Assembly: GCA_964421565.1 (NCBI GenBank)
Contig: CAYQXJ010000006.1
Location: 154,679 to 218,678, forward strand
DNA from: an uncultured candidatus Brocadiaceae bacterium
GTDB taxonomy: Bacteria; Planctomycetota; Brocadiia; SM23-32
Length of the DNA: 64,000 nt
Reading direction: 5' to 3'
In this document: in pieces, positions 29,647 through 38,173 of the stretch
Position numbering within the stretch: the first letter of the stretch is position 1
Layout: every line of letters starts with the position of its first letter
Program-made: the position numbers and the translations under genes
The notes under the pieces: generated by a model
The model's input: only the letters and a program-made list of their open reading frames with translations
What the model was told of the DNA's origin: nothing
Databases searched by the model: none

Positions 29647-29907
29647 TCACGCAGCCCTGACGGGCGGCTCCAGCACCATCTCCCGATTGCAGCATCGTGG
29701 TTCGAAGGCGCCGCCGGTCACTCGCAGCACGCCGACTTCGGCGCCGCACACCGGGCAGTAGTAGAAGCGCGTTCGGCACCCCAGCGGAGCCATTGGCCGG
29801 TTGCAGCAGCGCGGTTCGAACCCGGCGCCGCGCCCGACCAGCACTGTCACCTCGGCGCCGCAGATGTTGCACCGGTAAACCATTCCCCTCGTCACGCTGT
29901 CTGTCAC
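29647..29907 (-). CDS. Tandem desulforedoxin-like protein with two Fe(Cys)4 modules
   Basis: It contains two copies of the desulforedoxin signature YxCxxCGxxVxV...GxxxxxxCCNxxM. They are YRCNICGAEVTVLVGRGAGFEPRCCNRPM and YYCPVCGAEVGVLRVTGGAFEPRCCNREM. The GTG start at 29907 is preceded by GGAGGAGG. The GTG and the upstream TGA overlap within the tetranucleotide GTGA, which suggests translational coupling. Confidence 0.7.
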   Translation of the reverse strand: MTDSVTRGMVYRCNICGAEVTVLVGRGAGFEPRCCNRPMAPLGCRTRFYYCPVCGAEVGVLRVTGGAFEPRCCNREMVLEPPVRAA

Positions 29908-30128
29908 TCTTCCTCCTCCGGTTCGGCTTCGGCCCCGTGAACGCGTTCCATGGGTTCACCACAGCACACAAGGTCGAGGATGCCCACGCCCCCACGGGTG
30001 ACCATGATCAGGTTGCCGCACCCGCGACACGCGTACGCCGTGCCGACCTTGATGGTGAGTGCGCTCTCCCAGTCGCCCAGGTCCCACTCGGGCGGCGGTG
30101 ACTCGGGGTACTTCTCCTGGCTTTCCAC
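29904..30128 (-). CDS. Desulforedoxin-like protein (single Fe(Cys)4 module)
   Basis: YACRGCGNLIMVTRGGVGILDLVCCGEPM matches the D. gigas desulforedoxin pattern ([27 protein letters not shown]). I chose the GTG start at 30128, which is preceded by a GGAGG Shine-Dalgarno sequence. The longer 30350 ORF is Arg-rich with low complexity and probably not translated. Confidence 0.6.
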   Translation of the reverse strand: MESQEKYPESPPPEWDLGDWESALTIKVGTAYACRGCGNLIMVTRGGVGILDLVCCGEPMERVHGAEAEPEEEE

Positions 30129-30365
30129 AGCTCCACCTCCTGGTTCTGACGCAACGGCGGCGGCTGATGCGTATGCGCAGTGCCTGCTGGGAACGCCGTG
30201 CCGCCGTGCTTCGGGGGGATGTCGTAGCGGCGCCCCTCGCTGCGGGTTCCTGCGGCGCTTCCATCTTTCTACGCTTTCGGCGAACATCGCGCAAGTAGGT
30301 TCGCAGCGCCGGCGTGCGCCCGGGCCGCCTGATGGCAGGGTCCTGGCCATGGCAGTCGGTGTCTC

Positions 30366-30683
30366 CTATGGTGCAGGGGTCTTGACGACGAGGAACCGAA
30401 AAGCCGCTTCGCCATCGTTCATCAGCCTGTGTGGAATGCCGGCCGGGCTGTGCACAAGGTCGTCCCGGCGGACAGACTGCTGCTGGTCGCCTATCTCCAC
30501 GGTGCCCACCCCCTCCAGTACGTAGAAGAACACGTCCAGCGGAGTTTCATGCCGCCGGAGGGCCTCGCGCGGTTCCAGGGTGATGTGCACCACCTGCATA
30601 TGCTCGGTGTCGTGCAGCTTCCGGGCGCTGACGCCGTGTGGGTTCTCGGATTCAGCCGTCTGCGTCGCGTGGACCACCTGCAT
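30366..30683 (-). CDS. Cupin-domain protein
   Basis: The small barrel protein carries H...H-type cupin motifs (LRRHETPLDVFFYVLEGVG...SPAGIPHRL). Confidence 0.6.
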   Translation of the reverse strand: MQVVHATQTAESENPHGVSARKLHDTEHMQVVHITLEPREALRRHETPLDVFFYVLEGVGTVEIGDQQQSVRRDDLVHSPAGIPHRLMNDGEAAFRFLVVKTPAP

Positions 30684-30708
30684 GATGTGATCTCCTCAGT
30701 TGCGCTGG

Positions 30709-31479
30709 TCAAGGGGCCGAAGCGGGCTGGGGCGGATTGAGCGTGCAGCGCTCAAGGACGCTGCCGCGAATGCTGACGGTTACGTCCTGCAGGGGGATGT
30801 CCTTGCCGCTGTGCTCGAGGGCCCTGCGGGCGATCATGGTGAGGCCCGAGCAGCAGGGTACCTCCATGTGGACGACGGACAGCGAGCGGATGTCGTTTTG
30901 AGCCAGCATGGCTGTTAGCTTCTCGGCGTAGTGCGACGCGTCGTCGAGCTTGGGGCAGCCGACCAGGAGCTTTCGCCCGGTCAGGAACTCGCCGTGGAAC
31001 CCTGCGAAGGCGAAGGGCACGCAGTCCGCAGCAAGCAGCAGGTCCGCGCCGTCCAGGAATGGTGCGCGCTCAGGGACCAGATGCATCTGAACGGGCCACT
31101 GGCGCAGGGCGCTCGGGGCGGCGGCCGGCGCCGCTTCGGCGGTTGACTCGTCTTCCTGCCCGGCGTCGAAGCCCATGAGCGCCAGGCCCGGGCAGCCGGC
31201 GTGCGAGGGGGCGGGCTGCGTGGCGTTCGGTGGACTTGCTTGCCCCAAATGTTCCTCCACGGCCACCTCGTCAAACTCCTCGGCCTCGCGTTCGACGATG
31301 CGGATTGCATCCCGTGGACATGTGCCCAGGCACGCGCCGAGCCCGTCGCAATAGCTCTCCTTGACGAGCCGAGCCTTACCGTCGACTATCTGCAGGGCAC
31401 CTTCCGCGCAGTTCGGGATGCACTCTCCGCAGCCGTTGCACTTCTGCTCGTCGATCTCGACGATCTTCCGTAAGGCCAT
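30709..31479 (-). CDS. 4Fe-4S dicluster ferredoxin-domain protein with a Cys-rich C-terminal domain
   Basis: The N-terminus has two CxxCxxCxxxCP-type motifs (CNGCGECIPNCAEGA and CDGLGACLGTCP). The C-terminal region contains GCPKLDD and VPCCSGL. Confidence 0.65.
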   Translation of the reverse strand: MALRKIVEIDEQKCNGCGECIPNCAEGALQIVDGKARLVKESYCDGLGACLGTCPRDAIRIVEREAEEFDEVAVEEHLGQASPPNATQPAPSHAGCPGLALMGFDAGQEDESTAEAAPAAAPSALRQWPVQMHLVPERAPFLDGADLLLAADCVPFAFAGFHGEFLTGRKLLVGCPKLDDASHYAEKLTAMLAQNDIRSLSVVHMEVPCCSGLTMIARRALEHSGKDIPLQDVTVSIRGSVLERCTLNPPQPASAP

Positions 31480-31501
31480 GGGTTCTCCCCCTGGATGCTG
31501 T

Positions 31502-32194
31502 CTATGGGTTCAGGCGCTGACGGCCGAACAGCCGCCCCGGTTGTGTCAGCGCATGCTTCTGGAGTTCTGCCAGTCGGTCCTCGCGTGCGTCGGCTTCAAG
31601 ATTCACGATCAGGTCGGCGTCCCAGAGTGGGGCGGCATTCGGCGTGCCCATGCTCTGGCGCTCGTGATGATGCTCCACAATGTCGAGTATCTCGCTCTTG
31701 ACGGCGTCCGGCAGGTTGATGTCGGCAAGCAGCTTCGCGGCGATGCGGCGGCCCATCACGTCGGTCGGCGCGTCGGCTTCATCGTCCGGCACGGAACGTC
31801 CCAGGTCATGGAGGATGGCGGCGGGCACCAGCACGAGCGGTTCGGCTTCCGTGCGGCGCCCGATCTGCTCTGCCAGTTCCAGCACATCGAGGGTATGCTC
31901 CACCTTATCCCTTTCGGCTCCGAAGACCCCCTCCATGCGCTCGGTCAGCTCTTCCCGCAACGGCCCGACGGCGCTGGCCATGCTGCTGAGGCACTCGGCG
32001 GCGTGGGCGCACCAGTTCAGGCATTTCATGGTGTTCTCGGGGTTGAGGAAGCGGTGACCACACTTTCTGCAGCGCCTGACGGGCTCATCGGGCCAGAACT
32101 CCACCGGGTGGCCGCAGCCGGGGCAGGGCGCAACGGTAACGTCGTCGGCCTTCATAAAGCGGGGGTCCTGCCCTGGGCACTTCGGTGCGCTCAT
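31502..32194 (-). CDS. HD-domain phosphohydrolase-like protein with an N-terminal zinc ribbon
   Basis: The N-terminal CPGCGH...CRKCGH ribbon is followed by an HD motif (AAILHDLGR) and a His-rich IVEHHHE segment. Confidence 0.6.
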   Translation of the reverse strand: MSAPKCPGQDPRFMKADDVTVAPCPGCGHPVEFWPDEPVRRCRKCGHRFLNPENTMKCLNWCAHAAECLSSMASAVGPLREELTERMEGVFGAERDKVEHTLDVLELAEQIGRRTEAEPLVLVPAAILHDLGRSVPDDEADAPTDVMGRRIAAKLLADINLPDAVKSEILDIVEHHHERQSMGTPNAAPLWDADLIVNLEADAREDRLAELQKHALTQPGRLFGRQRLNP

Positions 32195-32616
32195 CGCTTC
32201 GTCCCTTCCCCTGCGCAGATGCGTCCGGCGATGTCCTCCAGCGAGACGGCGTCCATCCTCTCAGCCAGCAGGGCCTGCAGGGACGCGAGCTGTTCGCGAA
32301 ACGGGCAGCCGCTCGTGCGCTGGCATATGCCGGGTGTCTCGAAGCACTCGTTCATCACCAGCGGGCCCTGCACGGCCTCCAGCACTTCCCGCAGGGTCAC
32401 ATCCACCGGCCGTTCGGCCAGACGATAGCCCCCGAACGGCCCCTGGCGGCTCTCCACCAAGCCGGTGCGGAGCAGTGTCTGCATTATCTTGCGCAGGAAG
32501 TCCTCCGGCACGGCCTCCTCCTGCGCCAGAGTGCTGACCGGCACAAAGTCCCCCGCGTGGACCAGATGCGTCAGCGCCCGGAGCGCATAGTCGGTCTCTC
32601 GTCTGACGATGGCCAT
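32191..32616 (-). CDS. Rrf2-family transcriptional regulator (NsrR/IscR-like, three-Cys cluster ligand set)
   Basis: The N-terminal wHTH is RETDYALRALTHL...VSTLAQEEAVPEDFLRKIMQTLLRTGLVESRQG. The C-terminal Cys triad is C-x6-C-x5-C (CFETPGICQRTSGC). It is the first gene of the minus-strand operon. Confidence 0.85.
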   Translation of the reverse strand: MAIVRRETDYALRALTHLVHAGDFVPVSTLAQEEAVPEDFLRKIMQTLLRTGLVESRQGPFGGYRLAERPVDVTLREVLEAVQGPLVMNECFETPGICQRTSGCPFREQLASLQALLAERMDAVSLEDIAGRICAGEGTKR

Positions 32617-32690
32617 CAGAGGGTCCTATATGAGAGGTGTTGTATCCTATAAAGTAAGAGTATATCACTCCTATATCTCCTTGTCAAGGC
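32617..32690 (-). promoter_or_regulatory. Sigma70-type promoter of the Rrf2-led operon with three overlapping TATAGGA repeats, a candidate Rrf2 operator
   Basis: On the minus strand, the -35 element TTGACA (plus-strand TGTCAA, 32682-32687) is separated by 17 nt from the -10 element TATACT (plus-strand AGTATA, 32659-32664). Three copies of TCCTATA(T/A) lie at 32625-32632, 32645-32652 and 32670-32677. One is inside the spacer, one just downstream of the -10 and one next to the start codon. The region is unusually AT-rich for this genome. Confidence 0.6.
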
Positions 32691-32896
32691 CAATCCGTGC
32701 ACTCGCGCGCGAGTGGTGTGGATTCCGGCCCGTCTTTTGCCTTGCAGTGCTCGTCGGCCGGGCCGATACTGCCTTGCTCGGCGCGGGCATATGTTCCTTC
32801 GATTCGGGTCACGGCATGTCCTCTGGCAGACACAGACGCCGCACCTTCCTCGGGCGGACGGTACACGGTTTCGGATGCGTCGTGCGGGCTGCGACG

Positions 32897-33559
32897 ATGG
32901 TTCTACGCAGCCCGAGGATCCTGCTGTTGGCGGGGCTCCCTTTCGCGCTATGCATGGTGCTGTATGTGGCCTTCTTCGGCGTTACGCTGGCCTTCGTCGA
33001 CGAGGTAGTGGATGTTGTGATCCAGCCGGGGGCGTGGTGGCGCAACGCGCTGCGCTGGGCGATGGTGGTGACGGTGCCTCTCGCCGTATTCGTGCTCTCG
33101 GTCTTCACTTACACTTTCGCGTGTCTGGTCATAGCCGCTCCGCTCTATGAGTTCCTGTCGGCGACGGTTGAACGGCGGCTGACGGGCCTTGTGGCAGAGG
33201 AGCCTTTCACGCTCAAGGCCATGCTCCAGGATATCTGGCGCGCGCTGGCGGACACTGCGCGCATCCTGCTGATCGAGGTCGGGGTCCTGATGCTCGGTCT
33301 GATCTTCGTGCCGGTCACGACGGTGCTGGCGGCGATGGCATCTGCCGTGCTGCTGGCCCTGGAATACTGCGACTACCCCATGGGGCGACGGCGGATGCCG
33401 TTCTCCGAGCGTCTCGGCTTCGCGCGACGGCATATCTGGGAGATGTTCGGACTCGGAATGCCTCTGTTGTTTGCGCTCGGCATTCCCTTCGTCGGCGTCG
33501 CCTTCCTGCCGCTCGGCGTGATCGGCGGAACAATCCTCTTCGTGGAACTGCGGGAGTGA
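32897..33559 (+). CDS. CysZ/EI24-like polytopic membrane protein
   Basis: There are about 4-5 hydrophobic helices and ~220 aa. The conserved-looking segment is EYCDYPMGRRRMPFSERLGFARRH. The start codon is uncertain; I chose the ATG at 32897, but the ORF stays open back to 32609. Confidence 0.45.
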   Translation: MVLRSPRILLLAGLPFALCMVLYVAFFGVTLAFVDEVVDVVIQPGAWWRNALRWAMVVTVPLAVFVLSVFTYTFACLVIAAPLYEFLSATVERRLTGLVAEEPFTLKAMLQDIWRALADTARILLIEVGVLMLGLIFVPVTTVLAAMASAVLLALEYCDYPMGRRRMPFSERLGFARRHIWEMFGLGMPLLFALGIPFVGVAFLPLGVIGGTILFVELRE

Positions 33560-33642
33560 CCGCAGGGACGGCGCGCTGCTTTGCGCAGCATCATCGGGGA
33601 TGGTAGCATCGAAAGGTGAGGCGGCAGAAGGGAGGAAACACT

Positions 33643-34551
33643 ATGACGAGATCGGACGGACGCAGGACGGCGGCTGTTGTGCTGGGGTTGTTGGCCCTGG
33701 TCGCGGTGACTCTGATGCGCGCAGGCGCACCGAATGCCTGCCTTGTGACGGAGCAAGGCGTCGCCGCGATGGGACGACGCCCCGTCGGGGACCTCCAGGA
33801 ACGCCAGCCAGAAGCGTCATCGGCTACTCGGCTTCAGACGCAGGACGTAGGGGGGCGAGTTGATGAGCCCCCGCAGTGGGAACGTCCCCGGTTCGATGAG
33901 CGACGGGCCGAGCGCCACCGCATGGTCGCGGGCCAGATCGCCGCGCGCGGCGTGGAGGACGAGGACGTGCTGGACGCCATGCGCCACGTGCCGCGCCACC
34001 GCTTCGTGCCGGAGAACGTCCGCGACAGCGCCTACCGTGATCGCCCGCTGCCGATCGGCCACGGGCAGACCATCTCGCAGCCATACATCGTCGCCTACAT
34101 GACCGAGGTGCTGCAGGTGGAGCCAGGAGACAGGGTCCTTGAGATCGGCACAGGTAGCGGTTACCAGGCCGCCGTCTTGTCCGAGCTGACCCCGCACGTC
34201 TTCACCATCGAGATCATCGAGGAGCTTGCCACGCAGGCATCCGAGCGCTTCGAACGGCTCGGCTACGACACCATAGAGGCCAGGCACGCCGACGGTTACT
34301 ACGGCTGGCCGGAGCACGCGCCGTTCGACGCCATCATCGTAACTGCAGCTGCGGGACATGTGCCGCCCCCGCTGGTGAAGCAACTGAAGCCCGGTGGGCG
34401 CATGGTCATTCCCGTGGGTGGTGTCTTCGAGGTCCAACATCTGGTGCTCGTGACGAGGGACGAGGCCGGAGAGTTGCGCACGCGGACGCTCATGCCCGTG
34501 CGGTTCGTGCCGATGACCGGACGCGCTCAGGCGGGCGGAGTGAGCGGATGA
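33643..34551 (+). CDS. pcm: Protein-L-isoaspartate O-methyltransferase with an N-terminal signal/TM extension
   Basis: The Pcm motifs VLEIGTGSGYQAAVL, GQTISQPYIVAYM and DAIIVTAAA are present. A GGGAGG Shine-Dalgarno sequence lies 7 nt upstream of the ATG at 33643. Confidence 0.8.
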   Translation: MTRSDGRRTAAVVLGLLALVAVTLMRAGAPNACLVTEQGVAAMGRRPVGDLQERQPEASSATRLQTQDVGGRVDEPPQWERPRFDERRAERHRMVAGQIAARGVEDEDVLDAMRHVPRHRFVPENVRDSAYRDRPLPIGHGQTISQPYIVAYMTEVLQVEPGDRVLEIGTGSGYQAAVLSELTPHVFTIEIIEELATQASERFERLGYDTIEARHADGYYGWPEHAPFDAIIVTAAAGHVPPPLVKQLKPGGRMVIPVGGVFEVQHLVLVTRDEAGELRTRTLMPVRFVPMTGRAQAGGVSG

Positions 34552-37037
34552 GCACCGCACGGGGCTCGGGCAATGCGCGGCTCGCGCGCAGTGCGGCGGC
34601 CGTCTTCGTGCTTTCGGCGTCGGTGATCGGGCTTGAGCTGGCGCTCATGCGCTGCATGTCCGTTGCGCGATGGCATCACTTCGCCTATCTGGTGATCAGC
34701 ACGGCTCTGCTCGGCTTCGGAGCGGCGGGGACTCTGCTCTTCTATCTGGGCGATGCTCTTAGGCGTCGCTTCGTCATCTCGGCGACGGGCCTAACGCTGG
34801 CCTTCGCTGTGTCCATTCCGCTGTGTTACCGTGCGGCCGAGGCGCTGCCGCTCGACATCCGGTACGTGCTCTACAGTGGGCGGCAGGCGGCACTCATGTT
34901 CGGGTATCACTTCCTGCTGTTCGTGCCTTTCCTTCTCGGCGCGATAGTGATCGGCCTCTCGCTGATGCACTACGGCGAGCGGCTCCATTCGATCTATGCG
35001 GCCAATCTCGTCGGCAGCGGGGTGGGTGCGCTGGCAGCGGTGGGTCTGATGTTCCTGCTTTCTTCGGCGCAGTTGTTGCACGCCGTTGCCCTGCTGGGCG
35101 CCGTGGCGGCAGCCGTGTGGAGCAGCGCTGTGCGCGGCCGGTTGCGCACGCCGGCGTGTGCCGCAACTGCTCTGGTTGCGCTCGGGCTGCTGGGCGGGGC
35201 GCTCTTCGCGCCGATCCGCTTGAACGTGGATCAGTACAAGGCGCTTTCCACTCTGCGCCGCTGGCGGGGCCAGGGCAGCGCCGAGCATGTGTTGACGGAG
35301 CATGGGCCGCGTGCGCGGCTCGACGCGTTCTCCTCGCCCTTGCTGCACCAGACTATCTTCGCTGGCCTGACCGCCGAGAGCGCACCCCCCGAGCAACTGG
35401 CACTCCTTGCCGATGGACAGCCCGTTGCCACCGTCTTCGACATATCATCGCCCGATGAGGCGGCGATCCTGGACCACACGCCGCAGTCGGTGCCCTACCG
35501 GCTTTTGGACCGGCCACGCGTGTTACTGCTCGGCGAGGCGGGGGGGGCCAACGTGTGGCTGGCCCGGCGCTTCGGCGCGCGCCACATCACCGTCGTTCAG
35601 CCGAACCCCCACCTGATCGGCGTGCTCCGGGGCCCCCTGTCTGACAGGGGCGGTGAGGCGCTCAGCGGCTCTGACGTGACGGTTGTGGTCGGCGGCCTGC
35701 GGGGATTTCTGGAACGGACCGACCAGCAGTACGACCTCATCCAGATCGTGGAAGTGGAGGGGCAGGCGGCGGGCGCGAGCGGTATGCTCTCGCTTCGGGA
35801 GGATTTCCTGCTCACGGTGGAGGGCATGGCCACGGCGCTGCGGAGGCTGGCTCCCGGCGGGATTCTGACCGTGACACGGGGGGTGCAGTCCCCTCCGCGC
35901 GACAACGTGAAGCTCTTCGCGACGTTGCGGGCAGCGCTGCGGCGCGCCGGCCGCGAACCGGGCGAGCGCCTGGTTCAGGTGCGCAACTACCTGGCCGCAA
36001 CCACCATGGCTTTCGCGCGCCCGCCGGGCGGCCGGGCCTGCGGCGAGCTGATCAATGTGGCGCGCGCTCTTGCCCTGGATATCGAGTGGGCGCCGTGTCA
36101 GGGTATGCACTACACACGTCAACGGAACCAGGTCGCAGGGCCCGCCGGCGAGCAGTACTCCTGGTTCCACCACGCTGCTAAGCGTCTGCTTTCGCCGAAC
36201 CGCGAGGCGTTCTACGCCGAGTGGGTCTACGACGTGCGTCCGGCGACGGATCAGCGTCCGTACTTCTTTAACTTCTTCCGCTGGAGGTCGCTGCCCCGTT
36301 TTGTTCGGGCCTATGGGCGCCAGTGGCTGAGCCGGCTGGAGCTCGGCTACGCGGTGCTGGTGTTCGCGCTGGCTCAGGTGGTGCTGGTGGGGGCCGTGCT
36401 CATAGTGGTTCCGGTCTTCTGGCTGCGACGGCGGGGTGCTACGCATGGCAGGGCGGCGACCGTGGGTTACTTCATCTGCCTCGGGCTGGCGTACTTGATG
36501 CTGGAGATGGTTTGCATCCTGAAGTTCACTTACTTCCTTGGTGACCCTATCTATGCCGCGGCCGGAGTGCTGAGCGCTTTTCTTGTCTTCAGCGGACTCG
36601 GCAGCGCGCTGAGCCGCCGGTGGGGTGGCCCGCCGAGGCGGGGCATACTTGTGGCCGGCGTGGGCATAGCGCTGCTGGCGAGCGCATATGCGTTTGGCCT
36701 GGACGGTCTCTTCCATGCCGCCATTGGTCTGCCGGCAGCCGTTCGGCTCGCCGTCTGTGTGCTGGTGACGGCGCCGGCCGCCTTCCTTATGGGCTGGCCT
36801 TTTCCCGGCGGGCTGACGCTGGTGGAGCGAGGCAGCCCTGCGATGGTGCCGTGGGCGTATGCGGTGAACGGATTCGCATCGGTGGCTGCTTCACCTCTTG
36901 CGGTGATGCTCTCCATTCACGCGGGCTTCTGGGCGGTTCTGCTCGCGAGCGGTGCGCTCTACCTCGTTGCCGCGTGCCTCTGCCGGGGCTTGCCGTCGGC
37001 CGAAGGCGTTCCGGCCGGTGCGCCCACTCAGCGGTAG
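34548..37037 (+). CDS. Large polytopic membrane protein with an embedded spermidine-synthase-like (SpeE-fold) domain
   Basis: About 7 N-terminal and about 6 C-terminal hydrophobic helices flank a central soluble region. That region carries VLLLGEAGGANVW...ITVVQPNP...DLIQIV...GGILTV, matching the aminopropyltransferase fold motifs. The protein is 829 aa. Confidence 0.6.
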   Translation: MSTARGSGNARLARSAAAVFVLSASVIGLELALMRCMSVARWHHFAYLVISTALLGFGAAGTLLFYLGDALRRRFVISATGLTLAFAVSIPLCYRAAEALPLDIRYVLYSGRQAALMFGYHFLLFVPFLLGAIVIGLSLMHYGERLHSIYAANLVGSGVGALAAVGLMFLLSSAQLLHAVALLGAVAAAVWSSAVRGRLRTPACAATALVALGLLGGALFAPIRLNVDQYKALSTLRRWRGQGSAEHVLTEHGPRARLDAFSSPLLHQTIFAGLTAESAPPEQLALLADGQPVATVFDISSPDEAAILDHTPQSVPYRLLDRPRVLLLGEAGGANVWLARRFGARHITVVQPNPHLIGVLRGPLSDRGGEALSGSDVTVVVGGLRGFLERTDQQYDLIQIVEVEGQAAGASGMLSLREDFLLTVEGMATALRRLAPGGILTVTRGVQSPPRDNVKLFATLRAALRRAGREPGERLVQVRNYLAATTMAFARPPGGRACGELINVARALALDIEWAPCQGMHYTRQRNQVAGPAGEQYSWFHHAAKRLLSPNREAFYAEWVYDVRPATDQRPYFFNFFRWRSLPRFVRAYGRQWLSRLELGYAVLVFALAQVVLVGAVLIVVPVFWLRRRGATHGRAATVGYFICLGLAYLMLEMVCILKFTYFLGDPIYAAAGVLSAFLVFSGLGSALSRRWGGPPRRGILVAGVGIALLASAYAFGLDGLFHAAIGLPAAVRLAVCVLVTAPAAFLMGWPFPGGLTLVERGSPAMVPWAYAVNGFASVAASPLAVMLSIHAGFWAVLLASGALYLVAACLCRGLPSAEGVPAGAPTQR

Positions 37038-38128
37038 GGCTCGATCAGGCGCTCCAGCTTCTCGCCATCGGCTTCGTCCGCAAACGTCGTCATGATGTAT
37101 ACGCCATCGGGGCCGATCGCGTCGAGCAGTGGCTGTATCTGGTCGTGCTCTACCTGGAGCACCTGCACGCACTTGCCGGCGTTAAGTATGCGGCGATAGA
37201 GGTCGTACCAGTGCGGATCGCCGCCGGGGGGCACCTGGGGATCCGGCGTCCACTCGATGGCATCGAGTTCCGGGATGTCGAGCAGCAGATCGAGGTGGGG
37301 GATACACTGGTGGCCATCCAGGTGGAAGATGGAATGGTCGAGGAAGCGGCACTGCCTGCGCAGGGTTGGCACGACGAAGCGCTCGAACATGGCGGGGCTG
37401 ATCATCGCGGAGGCGTCGCACTGCAGCTTAGCCGTCCTGCCCGGCCCCCACACGCTGAAGGCCCAGAACGCGCTGCTGTCGTCCTCGAGATGGATGATGT
37501 CGTAGACTCGATCGTATGCCTCGATCCACGCATCGGTGATCTCGGCCAGCTTCTGCTCGGCCCACTCGGGGCGTTCCACCAGGTCGATGAGCATCTGCTG
37601 CATGCCGCGCAGGCTGGCCAGTATGTCGATGTTCTCGATCAGGTCGGGGCACCCGACCATGTACTTGCCCTCGGCCAGTTCGGCCGTCCGCCGCAGCGTC
37701 TCGCTGTGCACTTGCCACCAGTGGTTCTCCGGATCGAACTTCAGCGGCGGCAGGTTCTCCGGTTCGGCTACGTGCCCTATAGTTTCGTTGAACCACACGG
37801 TCCGGCCGGAAAAGCTCGGCTCGCTTCCCAGCAGCAGGGCGAGGCTGCCGGGTCCGATGTCACAGTTGGCGATGGGCAGCACGTCGGCGGGGCAGTATGC
37901 CCGGGCCATGGTCCAGTGGATGGACTGTGCACGCCACTCGGGATCGGCATAGCGCTGTTTCAGGTCGCTCGAGGGCCCGGGATTCGGGACGTCTTCCCGC
38001 TGCTGCCGGCACACAGTGGGTGCCCATGCACCGACCACCAGACCTGCACGCTTCCACCAGTGCAAGAAGTGCTGACGGCTCTCTTTCCAGTTGTCCTTCC
38101 AGGCGCAGACCATAAGCTTGCCCTTCAC
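37028..38128 (-). CDS. Uroporphyrinogen-decarboxylase (URO-D/MtaA)-superfamily-like protein, function unknown
   Basis: The length is ~366 aa. The C-terminal H-x-D-G...DIPELDAIEW resembles the H-x-CG...alsiE motif region of URO-D-fold enzymes. The assignment is weak, and 38174..39331 is a paralog-like neighbour. Confidence 0.4.
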   Translation of the reverse strand: MKGKLMVCAWKDNWKESRQHFLHWWKRAGLVVGAWAPTVCRQQREDVPNPGPSSDLKQRYADPEWRAQSIHWTMARAYCPADVLPIANCDIGPGSLALLLGSEPSFSGRTVWFNETIGHVAEPENLPPLKFDPENHWWQVHSETLRRTAELAEGKYMVGCPDLIENIDILASLRGMQQMLIDLVERPEWAEQKLAEITDAWIEAYDRVYDIIHLEDDSSAFWAFSVWGPGRTAKLQCDASAMISPAMFERFVVPTLRRQCRFLDHSIFHLDGHQCIPHLDLLLDIPELDAIEWTPDPQVPPGGDPHWYDLYRRILNAGKCVQVLQVEHDQIQPLLDAIGPDGVYIMTTFADEADGEKLERLIEPYR

Positions 38129-38173
38129 TTTCTGCGATTCAGCACGGGTGTCATAGGCCGGCGATGGGCGCCC

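Noticed and set aside
30129-30365. The 237-bp gap inside the Rrf2-led operon (between the single desulforedoxin gene and the cupin gene) as an internal promoter or extra small gene
   Set aside because: The gap is GC-rich with no -35/-10-like elements and no convincing small ORF. The long ORF running through it, the 30350 start of the 148-aa frame, is Arg-rich low-complexity sequence.
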